Source of the DNA: Balanoglossus misakiensis
Taxonomy: Eukaryota; Animalia; Hemichordata
Length of the DNA stretch: 64,000 bases
Direction: 5' to 3'
Assembly: GCA_040954595.2 (NCBI GenBank)
Contig: CM082594.2
Location: forward strand, 9,490,296 to 9,554,295
Made by a program: the position numbers and the translations under genes. The notes beneath the pieces were generated by a model. That model did no database searches and was not told where the DNA came from. It was given only the letters and a program-made list of their open reading frames with translations. Below are positions 38,501-49,519 of this stretch, piece by piece; the stretch's first letter is position 1, and each line of letters starts with the position of its first letter.

Positions 38501-38942
38501 AATACGATGTCCTCAAGGATACATGTACAGTAAGTAGAACTTCAAGATTTGTGACATGTCCATCCTGATCTTACATCCTGGCATTTTCATTTGCATGAAT
38601 CTGCTATTTTGATTGACAGTGAGTTGCCGCTCGACTGAGGTTCTGGCAAAAGTTTGCATTTTCAACCACTTTTTTGAGATTTATTTGAACACACAACAGT
38701 GTTCAGTTCTGCATCAAGTCTGCTGATCAGACAAACGACAAAATTTGTAGATTTCAGCTACTTATTCTTGCGTGTTTTATTCACTTCTTTTACAGTTACA
38801 CAACGGCGAATGGGGAGAGACAGTGTTTGAATACTCATCACCCAAAACAACCCGCTTCCCGATAGTGGATATAGCACCCATTGACATTGGTGGTGACGAT
38901 CAAGAATTTGGTTTAGAAGTAGGACCAGCGTGTTTCTCATAA
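2500..38942 (+). CDS. Fibrillar (clade A-like) procollagen alpha chain with VWC + 6 SURF modules, similar to sea urchin 2alpha/5alpha chains; ~66 exons, ~2,340 aa
   Basis: Continuous spliced frame from ATG 2500 to TAA 38940-38942 through GT-AG introns. Contains a signal peptide, VWC, six 4-Cys modules, 45/54/99/108-nt Gly-X-Y exons, two KGHR cross-link motifs and a COLFI domain. Confidence 0.95.
12287..12307 (+). CDS. Candidate 21-nt symmetric microexon (T)NISPRA(G)
   Basis: Long pyrimidine tract plus CAG acceptor, CAG|GTGAGA donor, phase 1-1, open frame between exon 1 and the VWC exon. Confidence 0.6.
14108..14308 (+). CDS. VWC (chordin-type cysteine-rich) exon of the N-propeptide
   Basis: [55 protein letters not shown], with the CxxCxC and CCxxC motifs. 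201 nt, phase 1-1. Confidence 0.92.
15033..15458 (+). CDS. SURF-like module 1 exon
   Basis: 426 nt, phase 1-1. 4-Cys pattern G..LW...C...YLC...C...C. Flanked by AG and GTAAGC. Confidence 0.85.
15619..16044 (+). CDS. SURF-like module 2 exon
   Basis: 426 nt, phase 1-1. GTDLWKL...CEDVPYFC...CAAIPC. Confidence 0.85.
16296..16727 (+). CDS. SURF-like module 3 exon
   Basis: 432 nt, phase 1-1. GDDLWKL...CDEAKYFC...CVPMDC. Confidence 0.85.
16884..17315 (+). CDS. SURF-like module 4 exon
   Basis: 432 nt, phase 1-1. Near-identical to module 5. Confidence 0.85.
17580..18011 (+). CDS. SURF-like module 5 exon
   Basis: 432 nt, phase 1-1. Differs from module 4 by 2 aa (T>K, T>A). Confidence 0.85.
18155..18577 (+). 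CDS. SURF-like module 6 exon
   Basis: 423 nt, phase 1-1. GNNLWKV...CGEVDYLC...CIPLRC. Weak donor AAG|GTTTGT. Confidence 0.82.
19614..19624 (+). CDS. 11-nt microexon (G)GDT converting phase 1 to phase 0
   Basis: CAG|GAGGTGATACG|GTGAGT after a pyrimidine tract. Needed to join the phase-1 SURF exons to the phase-0 minor-helix exons. Confidence 0.78.
19781..20925 (+). repeat. Degenerate intronic array of GATTG(G/C)CATGACAAC-like units, rich in GCATG and X-box-like sites
   Basis: 17 GCATG counted by eye in ~1.1 kb, plus several TTGCCATGACAA variants. Confidence 0.7.
20954..22760 (+). CDS. Minor triple helix, N-telopeptide and helix start exons
   Basis: Exons 20954-20989 ([12 protein letters not shown]), 22036-22083, 22325-22378 and 22563-22760 (...[35 protein letters not shown]). 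Confidence 0.9.
23108..28890 (+). CDS. Major triple helix exons equivalent to vertebrate exons 8-30
   Basis: Exons 23108-23161, 23358-23411, 23564-23671 (KGHR), 23924-23977, 24414-24458, 24674-24727, 24983-25027, 25200-25352, 25532-25576, 25766-25819, 26003-26047, 26236-26289, 26597-26650, 26790-26843, 27045-27098, 27292-27345, 27630-27674, 28011-28109, 28258-28311, 28474-28527, 28684-28890. All phase 0 and starting with Gly. Confidence 0.93.
26850..26915. mobile_element. Degenerate copy of the short piggyBac-like MITE family
   Basis: ATGGTTTAGTCCAAATCCATTGTTTTCTATGGTAAAGTTGGACCTC matches the reverse complement of the element at 54526-54618. Confidence 0.6.
29508..29606 (+). CDS. Helix exon '31A' (99 nt), putative mutually exclusive: [33 protein letters not shown]
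   Basis: TTTAG acceptor, AAG|GTCAGT donor, 11 perfect Gly-X-Y triplets. Confidence 0.88.
29683..29781 (+). CDS. Helix exon '31B' (99 nt), putative mutually exclusive: [33 protein letters not shown]
   Basis: TACAG acceptor, weak AAG|GTTGGC donor, 11 triplets. Homologous to vertebrate exon 31 (GERGFPGER...GAK). Confidence 0.9.
29800..30700 (+). promoter_or_regulatory. Intronic splicing-regulatory cluster (TGCATG x11, ACTAAC x2)
   Basis: TGCATG at ~29800, 29822, 29834, 29840, 29844, 30160, 30197, 30240, 30271, 30305, 30693. ACTAAC at ~29807 and ~29978-29985. Confidence 0.7.
30955..36776 (+). CDS. Major triple helix exons equivalent to vertebrate exons 32-49
   Basis: Exons 30955-31008, 31350-31403, 31660-31713, 31860-31967, 32264-32317, 32476-32529, 32650-32703, 32832-32885, 33210-33263, 33436-33489, 33729-33836, 33956-34009, 34292-34345, 34443-34550, 34784-34891, 35097-35204, 35381-35434, 35615-35668 (KGHR), 35879-35932, 36144-36215, 36329-36364, 36573-36608, 36759-36776. 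Confidence 0.93.
37056..38942 (+). CDS. C-telopeptide and COLFI C-propeptide exons
   Basis: Exons 37056-37112, 37244-37442 (FQA-D; [12 protein letters not shown]), 37559-37662 (YWIDPNQGC), 37831-37905, 38308-38529 (QFTFLRLLS...QNVTYHC), 38796-38942 (...[10 protein letters not shown]). Confidence 0.95.
38056..38133. repeat. Two-copy intronic tandem duplication (~38 nt)
   Basis: GACATTGGATTGGTCCAAATAT(T/G)TTCCACCAACAACACTG occurs twice. Confidence 0.85.
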
Positions 38943-40089
38943 ACGTCATGTTTGAACTGTAAAATTTCAACAGCTGCTATCTATGTTGCAGTGACCTTAT
39001 ACTCAGATCAAGATTTGTCTTGAAATTTTACAGCTGTATAATATTTTTATCATCTGACCATGGTGTTGCTGAAATAAAGCAGAATTTTTTTCAACCAATA
39101 TTTCTAATGGTGCTCAAGATTATTAAGTTTTAGGAATAGTGAAAGACAAACTGTTTTGTACAAGTTTTTTAAATGAGATTTTATGTAATCTTTTTAAGAA
39201 GTTTACATTTCCCTTTCGGTATTGGTGCTAGTTTTTATATTATCTGGATTTCAAATGGTGCTACAATAGAGCCTACCTCTAATATTAGAGAAAAAAAAGA
39301 CAAAAAATTATTGTGAGCATGAACCTGTACTACTACGAATGTACGTGACCATTATATGTGTCATTATAAAATGAAAGTTTCAGGCAAAGTTGGGAAAACA
39401 GTGGTATTCTGTAATGTAGGAAATTGTTTGACACTCAGAGAATAGAGAAGGTGACTGGTTCAGATTGTGATACAGTTTTTCATTTGATGCAAATTTGGAC
39501 AGACAAAGATGAAATGTGAACAGATCTTTTGAGGTTCCAAGAACGAAAGCAACATCGACGAGGTTTGTCAAATGAATGCGACCGTGTAGAGTTCAGATTC
39601 ATGCACAGACGAAGTTGCTATTTTTATAAAATCAACGAGGAAAAATACATTTTTGAGGACCATTATGACAATATTTGATGTACTTGTTTGTTTGATTCTT
39701 TGTACTTAATTATCAAACGCTGTTATGACGTCCCAACAAGTCTTTAACAGGGTTAACAGGGTTCTGTAAGTTAAAAATAGTTCCAGTGTTTCACGTCTTC
39801 TCAGAGTGTTTACAAATTTGAAGAAAAAAATGGCTGCATTTTTAAATTAAATCATTTTCCAGTAGTTGCCTGGGGTTGCATTTTCTGTGTCATATTGTAT
39901 ACTGGCCTCAAATGACGTGGCCTGAATTTTTTAGGACAGCAGGAATTTCTTATGTAGATGTTTTCATGTCATCGATACCCCACAAGCCAATCGCTTCATT
40001 AAATATTGTATTTTATTGTAAACACTTGTATTTTCAAACATTGGCAGACTTACTTTGACTTGATTCCTTGCTATTTTCCAAGTCTATCA

Positions 40090-40095
40090 AATAAA
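40090..40095 (+). terminator. Probable collagen polyadenylation signal (a proximal AATAAA also occurs at 39073)
   Basis: AATAAA followed ~25 nt later by a GT-rich tract TTGTTATGTGATGATTGTGT. Confidence 0.55.
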
Positions 40096-40367
40096 GCCTA
40101 CCTGCTAATTTCCTTAATTTGTTATGTGATGATTGTGTATTAATTACTTAATCCTAATTAGTTCTATTGGCACTTGTCGGTTGTAGCTGATCATTTTTTT
40201 CATCATCATCTGATATAAAGTTCAACTTCATTTTATTGCTTATTGTTTATTGTTTAATTAAGGAAATTGACCGGTGATGCTGTTATGTTGTTGCTAAACT
40301 ATTACAGATAAATAGATGGTGTGCTATCCATCAGATTACTATTAACACAAAGTGGGGCCCCTGTTAC

Positions 40368-40472
40368 ATACATGTACCTGAAAAAGAAGAACTTTGCCAT
40401 TTTTATGATCCCTACATGTACCTGAAAAAGAAAAACTATGCCATTTTTATGATCCCTACATGATCCCTACAT
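40368..40472. repeat. Short tandem duplication (~44-nt unit)
   Basis: TACATGTACCTGAAAAAGAANAACTNTGCCATTTTTATGATCCC occurs twice, plus an extra TACATGATCCC. Confidence 0.8.
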
Positions 40473-41164
40473 GGGCTTTCATCCTGGTGCTTCAATAAGT
40501 ATCAATCCCCAACACCTGCACAAATTTTGAAACCTATTACTGCCAGGTTTTGAATTCATCTGATCCATCGAATACACCAGGATGTACACAGTCATATAGG
40601 GGCCATATTAGACTTACTTGCTGGATGTACGGTGACTTGTTGATGTTGCTAAGCGACCATCTCCAACAGGTCCGGGGTGACGGTGGTTGTACAGCATACA
40701 AGCACTCACCTATTGACTTGATGATGTTACTGTCCATCTTCAACATTGTATACCAGTCATGCAACACTTAGGAACTCACCTCACTGAATCCAATTCAGTT
40801 GCATGTGATAAAACAAAGTTCAAACTTGGGGCCCCAATACTTTTAAACGTGTCCTCAATTTGTACCCCCTTTCAATCACGAGTTTCGCAAGATGGGATGG
40901 TAAAACAAATGGTAATATCCAGTTTTCTTTGTTTGTAGGCCATTGCAGGTTGCATATTGAGATACCACTGACAGAACCGAAAGACTCAACTCACCAATGC
41001 AGTGATGATATCTTGCTTGAAACATCTGTAAATCCTGGCATTCCTTGTAATAAATGTTTATATCCAATTGGCACACATATTTTGAGTCCTTTGCATCAAA
41101 TGTTATTGTTTTTGCTTTAACAGCAATGTTCAGAGTCAAATGTTCAGTCAAATGAACATGCATC

Positions 41165-41352
41165 CGTTTTTAAAATCGAAGATTTCCTGGGGTAGTCCAA
41201 TATTCCGTCCGTTCTGATACCATTTTCAAAATCGAAGATTTCCTGGGGTAATCAAATATTCCACCATTTTCAAAATCGAAGATTTCCTGGGGTAATCAAA
41301 TATTCCATCCGTTCTGATCCCATTTTAAAAATCGAAGATTTCCTGGGGTAGT
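41165..41352. repeat. Minisatellite, 4 copies of an AAAATCGAAGATTTCCTGGGGTA core
   Basis: Core visible at ~41172, 41228, 41271 and 41329, with related linkers of 2 lengths. Confidence 0.9.
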
Positions 41353-41472
41353 TTTCCTGTGATATTCCAAGCTAAATTCCACTGTATGTTCTTCAGAATT
41401 CTGCCACTGAATGATTATAAGAGAAAAGGTAAATTAAGCATTTTGATTTGTGACCTAGCAACCAAAGTGTGG

Positions 41473-41654
41473 TTAAAGGTATACGGTCACCTCCTATTTA
41501 AATATCGCCATATATAGTTGAAATGGCGTCTTTGAGTGTTATAAAGAACGCTTTATTTTCGCGTGTGCCACCCACTGAAATTCTGTGATTGGTTAGATCT
41601 CGATTTACCATGGTAACTGTGGCTAAATTTGTATAGGTGACCGTATACCTTTAA
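41473..41654. mobile_element. MITE with perfect TIRs and TTAA ends (Kolobok-like, AGG...CCT)
   Basis: TTAAAGGTATACGGTCACCT ... AGGTGACCGTATACCTTTAA, no ORF. A diverged relative lies at 53213-53361. Confidence 0.85.
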
Positions 41655-44042
41655 CCTTTATAAGCAAGTGATAAACATTTCCCAGTGAAAAAAGTTGGTG
41701 TGGGGGGGGGGGGAATAAAAGCACTAAGTTTTAGGGATTTGAAGAAAAAGTTTTGATATAGAAGCTAGGTAAATATATTTGTTGCATTCTCGATCTTCCA
41801 GCCCCCCCCCCCCCCTCCTCTAATATTATCAAATTGGACCACCCATCGTGATGACCGTGACCCTAAGTAAGGTCATGTAACCCTTTCTGCTCAGAACACG
41901 CGCGTACACAACGCGTACACGGCTGTGTGGAGGGACCGACCGACAGTGCGCAAAAAATGGTTCTTCTTTCCCACAAAATGATAAATTTAGAACATTATTG
42001 GCAACTGTACGAAATACAGATGGTATATGAAAGGTTTTGGCTAGTATTTGTGTGCTTTCTTGCCCAAAGAGTTGAAATTTGGTCGTGGGCGCCCAGTACC
42101 GTTCACCGAAGTTAGTAAATTTTCTGAGCAGGGAAAGTGCATCGTCTGACGTTCGCACGAGTCGTTGGCTTGACTAGAGTCTCGCAATAAATCTCTGTTT
42201 TCAAGAAGCGCATCAGTCTGCCCGAACTTACAGAGACTTTGAGGCAAGCGAAGATGGGACACATAGTCTAAATGAGCCAATAAGAATCACTGTAAAGGCA
42301 GCGGGCGGCTCGATAAAGTTTGTGTAGGTTTCATAATATTGACAAATTGAACGTGACTTCTAATGAATGGGTTAAAAAACTGTCGTCTCTCTACCATTAT
42401 ATTCGCTATTTTGAAGATATTAATAAAAACTTTCAAATTTTGTCATAACCCCAACAAAAGGCATATGCACCTGTTTGTCTGGTCGATATTTTTAACGTGT
42501 CTACCTTTATGCTTTTACTTACCGGAGCCATTTCGGTCAAAAAGTCAAACCCTCGTGGCCATCTTTTCCTAAACGTCCGAACGACAATGAGCATGATGAG
42601 AAAAGTCCAGGTGGTGAATTGACCAATCACTGAGAAGCAAGTTTCCTTATTTGGCAACAAAGTTACTATCGCGTCCTCTCAAGCGCATCGTCCTTAGAAA
42701 CGACGTTAAAAACCGCTTAAAATGTCTAATTTGTCAATTTTTTGGTCAACATCGATCAATCAAATCACTATGGTCTCCCAAAAGTGGTGATAGAATACCA
42801 TAGTATTCTGTCTTGTCATTTGAGGAGACATTTGGTCGACTATATGCTTTCACCTTCATACAAAGTATGCGCATATCTATTGAAACTGTACTTATCTGCT
42901 AGAATATCAATTTTGGTATTGGAAAATCTTTTTGTTTTACGTATACATTTAATAATTTTTTTGGAGAGATGTTGCCAAAGTAAAAGTACATACTCATTTA
43001 GAACTTTGACGTCCAACGAGGGCGCTATTACCCATATTATGCTCTTGAACGAACTATAGAAACATGTACTGTAAACACAGCCTGCAAAAAGCTGACACTG
43101 TTGGTGCTGACAATTAAATTGCCTGACCTTTGGAGTTAAATTTAGCTGTGAAAAAGTCAATTAAAAACGTTGAATACCAGGCACTTGTCAATTTGCAGTG
43201 GAGGGCGAACATGAAACCATATTGATATATAGAAAATAGAAATACTTGAAAGTGATCATCAATATACACATAAAGTTCATCCAAGCAAGCTTGAAATAAT
43301 TCTCAGCTGGTTCAAGTATTTTACCTTTGAATCAAGAGACGTATACTCAAGATCCCTACAGTGCTTTGGTAAGAATTTGCTGCCCCCGCACCATATTGTA
43401 AGTAACACATCATATGGATTTTTCAAAGGCAAAACCAGGATGTGGCCTTTACTGTTTTCTGCTTTTAAAACAGTAGGCTCTCTGTCTATTCATTGATTGT
43501 ATAAAACACAAACAACTACAATACTTTTCCTCCAGCCTGCTTGTACCACTACAAACTACTATCTGCAACAGATGTTTGTTCTGTTACACATATGTCAATT
43601 TTTCCTGTTCATGCATTGACTTCATTCACAGTGACTGTGTTTGAAGTGTGCAGACTGTCATTCAAAACGCACAGAAAATCCCTCGACAAGTCATTGTCCT
43701 TCCTGTTTATTCGTCAAATAATTGTTACAAGTTCCTTGTGAGCATATGTCACCCAAAAACTTTCACAAAAGGTGCAATATGTTAACATTAACAACCTGGG
43801 CTGATAAAAACCTGTAACTTTCTGGTCAGGTTCCACATTCAGTTTTCCTGTTCAGTCAAGGGCAACCAAGGAAAAAGTGGCGTACATAGGTAAGTTGCTA
43901 TTTAGATGTGTCTCTTTAATTCATATTTTTAATTTTTGTTACTGAGTACATGATATATTGTCTTGTTTATTGTCTGACATTCTTGTTGTAGGAATCTTTC
44001 TGATCATTTTGTCATACTGATATCATCTACTCTCATCATAAG

Positions 44043-44859
44043 ATGATACGTTGCCTGGTGGCCTTAATCGCAGCTATTTTGGTTGTCAAAGGTAAGGAAC
44101 TAAAATATGCTGTTTCATGTTTGGCAAACACCAAAACCAGTGGATCTAGCCAGGAATAGCAAAATGTGCTTATTTCATCAATTAAAACTGTCAGACTTAT
44201 ATAATTTGAATGTCCAACATTTGCCTTTTCTCAGTTGATGGACAATGTTTGAATTTTGGTTCAGCCATAGCCCATGACCATTATCTGACAGAGGCTATTT
44301 GGGATGACTGCGTCACGGACATGGATCTGCCATATTCTGATTGTTACGACATCTGCTTTTCCAAAATGGTAATTAATTGTGACTTTACAGAATGGGAATG
44401 TTAATTACATAGTATGCACTTCGGATACCCATCTACATGTAGATGGGTGGGATGAGATGAGATACATAATGATAAATGAGCAAAATGTTAATGAGTTCGC
44501 AAGTCTAGAAAGACCATAATGATATAAGATACACAGAACAGCACAAGAAATTCTAGTTGCTGGAGTACAAACAAAAATATGTCCTAACTATTCTAAAACT
44601 TTACCACAACTGCATAGAGATGTAAACAATGGCTACTTGTTCGTTCAGTGGATGGATTAGGCCTTCAAGTGTTTTCTTTATTTCCATATTTCAGTGGTAC
44701 TGTCGCTGCACACACTCGACTGATGACTGTTTGGCCATCATCACTGGCAACGATGTTGGAACAATTCAAGAAATCTGCAATGAAGTATTTGCCAAATTTG
44801 AAGGTCCTGATGCAATACCTGTGCCACAATGTAACAGTCAAGACAAATGCTTTCCTTGA
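44043..44859 (+). CDS. Small secreted acidic cysteine-rich protein (115 aa, 10 Cys in the mature part), family unknown
   Basis: Exons 44043-44091, 44235-44368 and 44695-44859 join in phase to give MIRCLVALIAAILVVKVDG-QCLNFGSAIAHDHYLTEAIWDDC...QCNSQDKCFP*. Upstream UTR donor at ~43890 and AATAAA at ~45000. Confidence 0.8.
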
Positions 44860-46309
44860 AAAAAGGGAAGTTCGATCTTTAAGAAAATTGTGTTTCCATT
44901 TGATCCAAATTAGATATTAAGTATTGGTAGTTATTATTATTATTGGTGTTATTATTGGTTTAAATTTTCAATGTATTCTTTGCATGATATTTGTTTCCAA
45001 ATAAAATATTAAGAAAATTTATGATTGAAAGTCATTTCCTCATCTTTCTTTTCTCTTTTTGTGTGTGTGTCACAAATAAAAGCGACAGACATCGATATAC
45101 ACTATTAAATGCTACATTGTATTATCAAAAATTAACCATTAAGAATACAGATTGAAGATGTTAATACATCAAGTGCAGTACTTGTGTGGCAATGTCTAAT
45201 TCTGGAAATATTAAGAAGTGATATTTTATCTAAAGTTAATTTTTCATGTTCTTCTATCAAATATCGAAAATCTTCTGAGTATTATTGTCAAAAACAGCTT
45301 ATTTCCACGTAGCGCCTTATCTTTGGCATGTTTGTCATTTAAAAGAAAGCAAACGGTTACAGGTCACCAAAGATAAAATAAAAATTACATATCTACACAA
45401 AGACTAATTTCCTTACTTTAACAAGACCAATATGGCACTCTGAATATCACTGTTATGACTGAAATTTAATCAAAGAATCATAAACATGCGTTGTATGAAA
45501 TGTGAACTATGATATTTTGATTACGCTTATGTATAATTGCAAACAGTCATGAATGATCACAAGTTAAATGAAACCGAACTTGCCTGTCAAAATTCCTTCA
45601 CAGACATATTTTCCTAACACTTAAAAACTAATTGATTGAGAGATTGATTGCATGAATATCAAATGTAATTGGCAATATGCTGTCATTGCACAGTTGCTAG
45701 ACACAAATTCGACGACTATATTTGCTAGCATATACCATAACATCACATAGAAACAGAAGTAGATGTAAACAATAATTGCACCAACGGAAACATGGGATCT
45801 ACTGTACAATTAAAGGTGTTTGTATCTGAGCTATGATATTACATTTTGACCATGGCCCCTTCACTGAGAGTTCAGTCAAACATACACATGCACAGACACA
45901 CACAAGCACACACAACCACTACAAGAGTTGTTGAAATAAATTCCACTCATACCATCAGCTGAGTCATCCTGTCCACCAGCGGTGCCATCTGCTCAGGATT
46001 TACAAGATTGAGATTTGAACTCTAAACCAGCTACCATAGTTGAAAGTAAATATACCAATTGCGAAAAGATTCTAAATATGATGATGAATCTACAAGAAAA
46101 TGCTTCTTGATGACTGCAGACCAGCAGTCCATTACTCAATTTGATTCATCAACTGACAGGCAATATGTAAACGTTACTTCCTGTCATTAAAGAAAGAGCG
46201 AGCTCATCTCTTGGTCATTAGGTAATTAACCTTGAAAAAATTAAAGCCAAACATTTTCCTGTCAGATGAAGGTCTCTTCAAATGCCAGGTTCTGTAGAGA
46301 AACATCTGA

Positions 46310-46665
46310 CATCATTTAAATATGCAGATTTCTGTCACATCCTTCACCTATTGCCTCATATGGTTCACTTTTCACATGACTTGATGGCTAGGTGTCACTT
46401 AATTATTGTCTATATGGATGCACGGTGGTATCAACAGAACCTGAGAATTAATTATCACATGATGTCCACATGGCATCCAATTGTTATCATGTACTGTCTA
46501 TGTGACATCTGCTGATTGCGTCCACATGACGTTGCACTGTCACATCCTGATCATTTGACATCTCTGAGTTATCACATGCTGTCCATATGACATCTGCTAT
46601 TGCCATTCAAATTGTCCAAATGACATATTTGTCACTCGTTCTTGCACGTGAGCTGCTGCCATGAC
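46310..46665. repeat. Degenerate TGTC(C)ACATG/TGACATC-rich simple array
   Basis: Many variants of GTCACAT, GTCCACATG and TGACATC over ~350 nt. Confidence 0.55.
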
Positions 46666-46786
46666 AAAAATCATTGTTCATGGGAAAATAGTCATCAAAT
46701 GCCAGGATGTGAAGCATCTCTTCAGAAATTGTCCCTCAATCTGTCCATTAAATTTCTTTTGTGACCTCCGAGGCTTCTGCAACAAA

Positions 46787-49519
46787 TTATTCTGCATTGT
46801 TCAGTCTTTTGACATACTCTTCTCCCCATTCGCGGATCAAACCCTATGAAAACAGAAAGACATATGGCAGCCATCAATCCAACTGTCTTAACTCTTTTAA
46901 ATTATACAATTGCATTATGATAATACTCAAGACAATATGGTGTTCTTTTTAATTAATATGAAGCCAATATAGTTTTGATTCCAGAAATTTATTGTCAGAT
47001 GTTATTAAATTAAGATTACCTCTGCATAGTCCAGTGGTTTCTTTAATTTATCAAAAAGATAGGACATATCATTGTCTGAATACACAAAATCTGTCAATTC
47101 AGCAGGTATTTGCTGGAAAGAAAAAAAATGACATTTAAAAACAATTAGATGTGTGTAGCAAGAGAAGTTAGATTATGATTTTTAAAACTGGTGCATTGTA
47201 TTAAATAATCATGTAAACTTTTGAAATTGTAATTAGTTTAATCCTGATAAGAATAAAATGATTTGGTGAAAACATGATTACCTACCATGGGTCTAGATCC
47301 TTCAGGCATAGAAGCTTTCCTTGACAAGTAGAGTATGAGTGATGCCACCACCTTCAGGTTCCGTTGTTGGACAGTGTCCAGTGGAGTTTTGACGAAACCG
47401 TAATCAACTGGTCTTATAAACAGCTATAGAGGATGCAAGAGTTGGCCAAAGGGATATTAGGATTGAAAGAGTATTACAGTTCAAAGGTATATCAAAGAAA
47501 TGCTGGTAGTAAATTGTAGAAGATTATTCATCAACTTCATATGCAATTAGTGCACATGATAACACTACACAATCTTGATTCTGAGCGAAAATAGTTACTG
47601 GTAAAGTCATGTTAAACAAGTTTGGTTAAGACAAATTTTCCTGTACTCAGGTTCCTCCGTATAGTTTCGTACACATACATATTGGTCCCAAGTGTTGAAT
47701 AATTTTTTAATGGTTACTACAAATACTTAATACTTACAGTAGCAACTATACTTCTAGCAAAGAACAACATAACCAACATCATGTAAGCTTTCTGGTCGGT
47801 CATGTTTATGTTGCGACCCACATGGTCAAAATCTAATAATTGCTGGAAAATAAAAATATAGTGAACTGATCAGTTACACGTTCTCCCAGTGATGCACAGC
47901 ACTATTAAAGCTAAAATAATTCTCAAACATTTTAGTGTCGAACATCTAGTTATTTATTATAAAATAAGATGAAGCCTTCGATTTACCATTTCTGTGCCGT
48001 AGAAGTAGCCACTTGGAAACTGTACACCTTCTTGTATCATTTCATAGACAGCTGCTTTCTTGTGTGTTCCAAGAACACCAGCCGCAGGCTAAACAAAATA
48101 GAACAAATGTCATTAAAGGACAGTTTTCAATCAGTTTGCATATTGAAAGTCCCTAGGAAGACATGTATCAATGAAACACAATGATAACTGGTTATAGTTA
48201 ATTGGACCAGAAAGTCTATCTTATAAGAACAAAACACTTACCATGATTTCTGTAAGCTGATATGATACGTTTTCTAGGATATATGTCAATTCTTGCAAAA
48301 TCTTCTTTTCTTCTGAAGCACTTGTTTCAGATGTGATCTGCAATAAACCATGAACATATGTAGCTTTGCAGGAATCACATCATGAGAAAACTTGCAATTA
48401 CCAGCAAAGGTGACAATGTGACAGCTAAGCTTACTGAAGTCTGAACCATGTTTATACTTACATAGTAGTCAAGCGACGACTTCAGAATATCACGGAGGAC
48501 GTCAAATTTGTTTGTTTTTTCCTAATTAATACAAATAAAGAAACGAATTCATGAATAATAATATGAAGTTGGTAACTGAATATAATGATGTAATTTATGA
48601 TTGAATCACTAATTAAAGAAACAGATTTCAAGTACTGCACCAATTTTGAACATTTCGTACATAATTATTAATGTTAAGCTTCTCTTCTACAATAGAGTAC
48701 CAAGTATTAGAAAATACTCACATCCAAGAAAATTCTATGCAGGGCTGCGACTGCTTCCTTCAACATAATTCCAAATAAAAACACTTCTTTACTGTCGCCA
48801 TGTTTTCTCTGCAAAGTGAAATAATGGAAACAAGTTATGTGGTTGAGCTGACAGAACCTACATGTTGATACTCTACATTTACGATTTGAAAGACGTGCAG
48901 CAAATTGCACGACTGATTCTCTATACACTGACCTTAGCTGCTGCTTTCTTAGCGGCAACAGAAAACCATGACATGTAAAACAGCTGACGAAGTTTTCGTA
49001 CTGCCCCTGAAGACAAACATCCAAAAGTGTTAAAAAAGCTTGTAACTGTATCCACAGATTCTGGCAACATCAGAGAACTTTGTAGCCAATGGTGACTTTC
49101 CACTTGGGGGTCCAAGTGAAAAGATTGTGCCAACTCAATGTCTCTAGCAAGTTACAAAAATTTTGGTGTAGTAACTCTGGATTGATACTTACAGTTGCCA
49201 GGAAACGGGATTTCAACTTTCCTTTTTTTCGGAGCTGGAAATAATGTAAATATTCATTTTAATATAATTCACAAAAGAGGTCATTTTAATGGCTTTCTGC
49301 TACTTCAGTGGTGTGTGGTATCCACACAACTACCATGCAAACAAATCGACTCTCACACTAATTTGATCTTTGATATAAAGGAGTGATGATAAAGGTAATT
49401 ATGTTGTCAGTTCCAGAAATCAAAAAGTTGAAAGCAAATTGGTTTACCACCGGGTCAATGTGTTTAAAAAATGGAGCAAAACAACTTACCTTCAGGAGTA
49501 ACTGATTTCACCTTCTTTC
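46787..49519 (-). CDS. Distal C-terminal exons of the minus-strand gene (uncharacterised domain, preceded by a PKKRKV motif)
   Basis: Phase-compatible exons 49490-49519, 49193-49234, 48933-49006, 48462-48521, 48242-48337, 47987-48088, 47738-47842, 47286-47423, 47020-47112 and 46787-46843 (GLIREWGEEYVKRLNNAE*). Confidence 0.8.

Noticed and set aside
41165-41352. CRISPR-like repeat/spacer appearance
   Set aside because: The linkers are related to each other rather than unique, the context is eukaryotic and there are no cas genes. It is a minisatellite.
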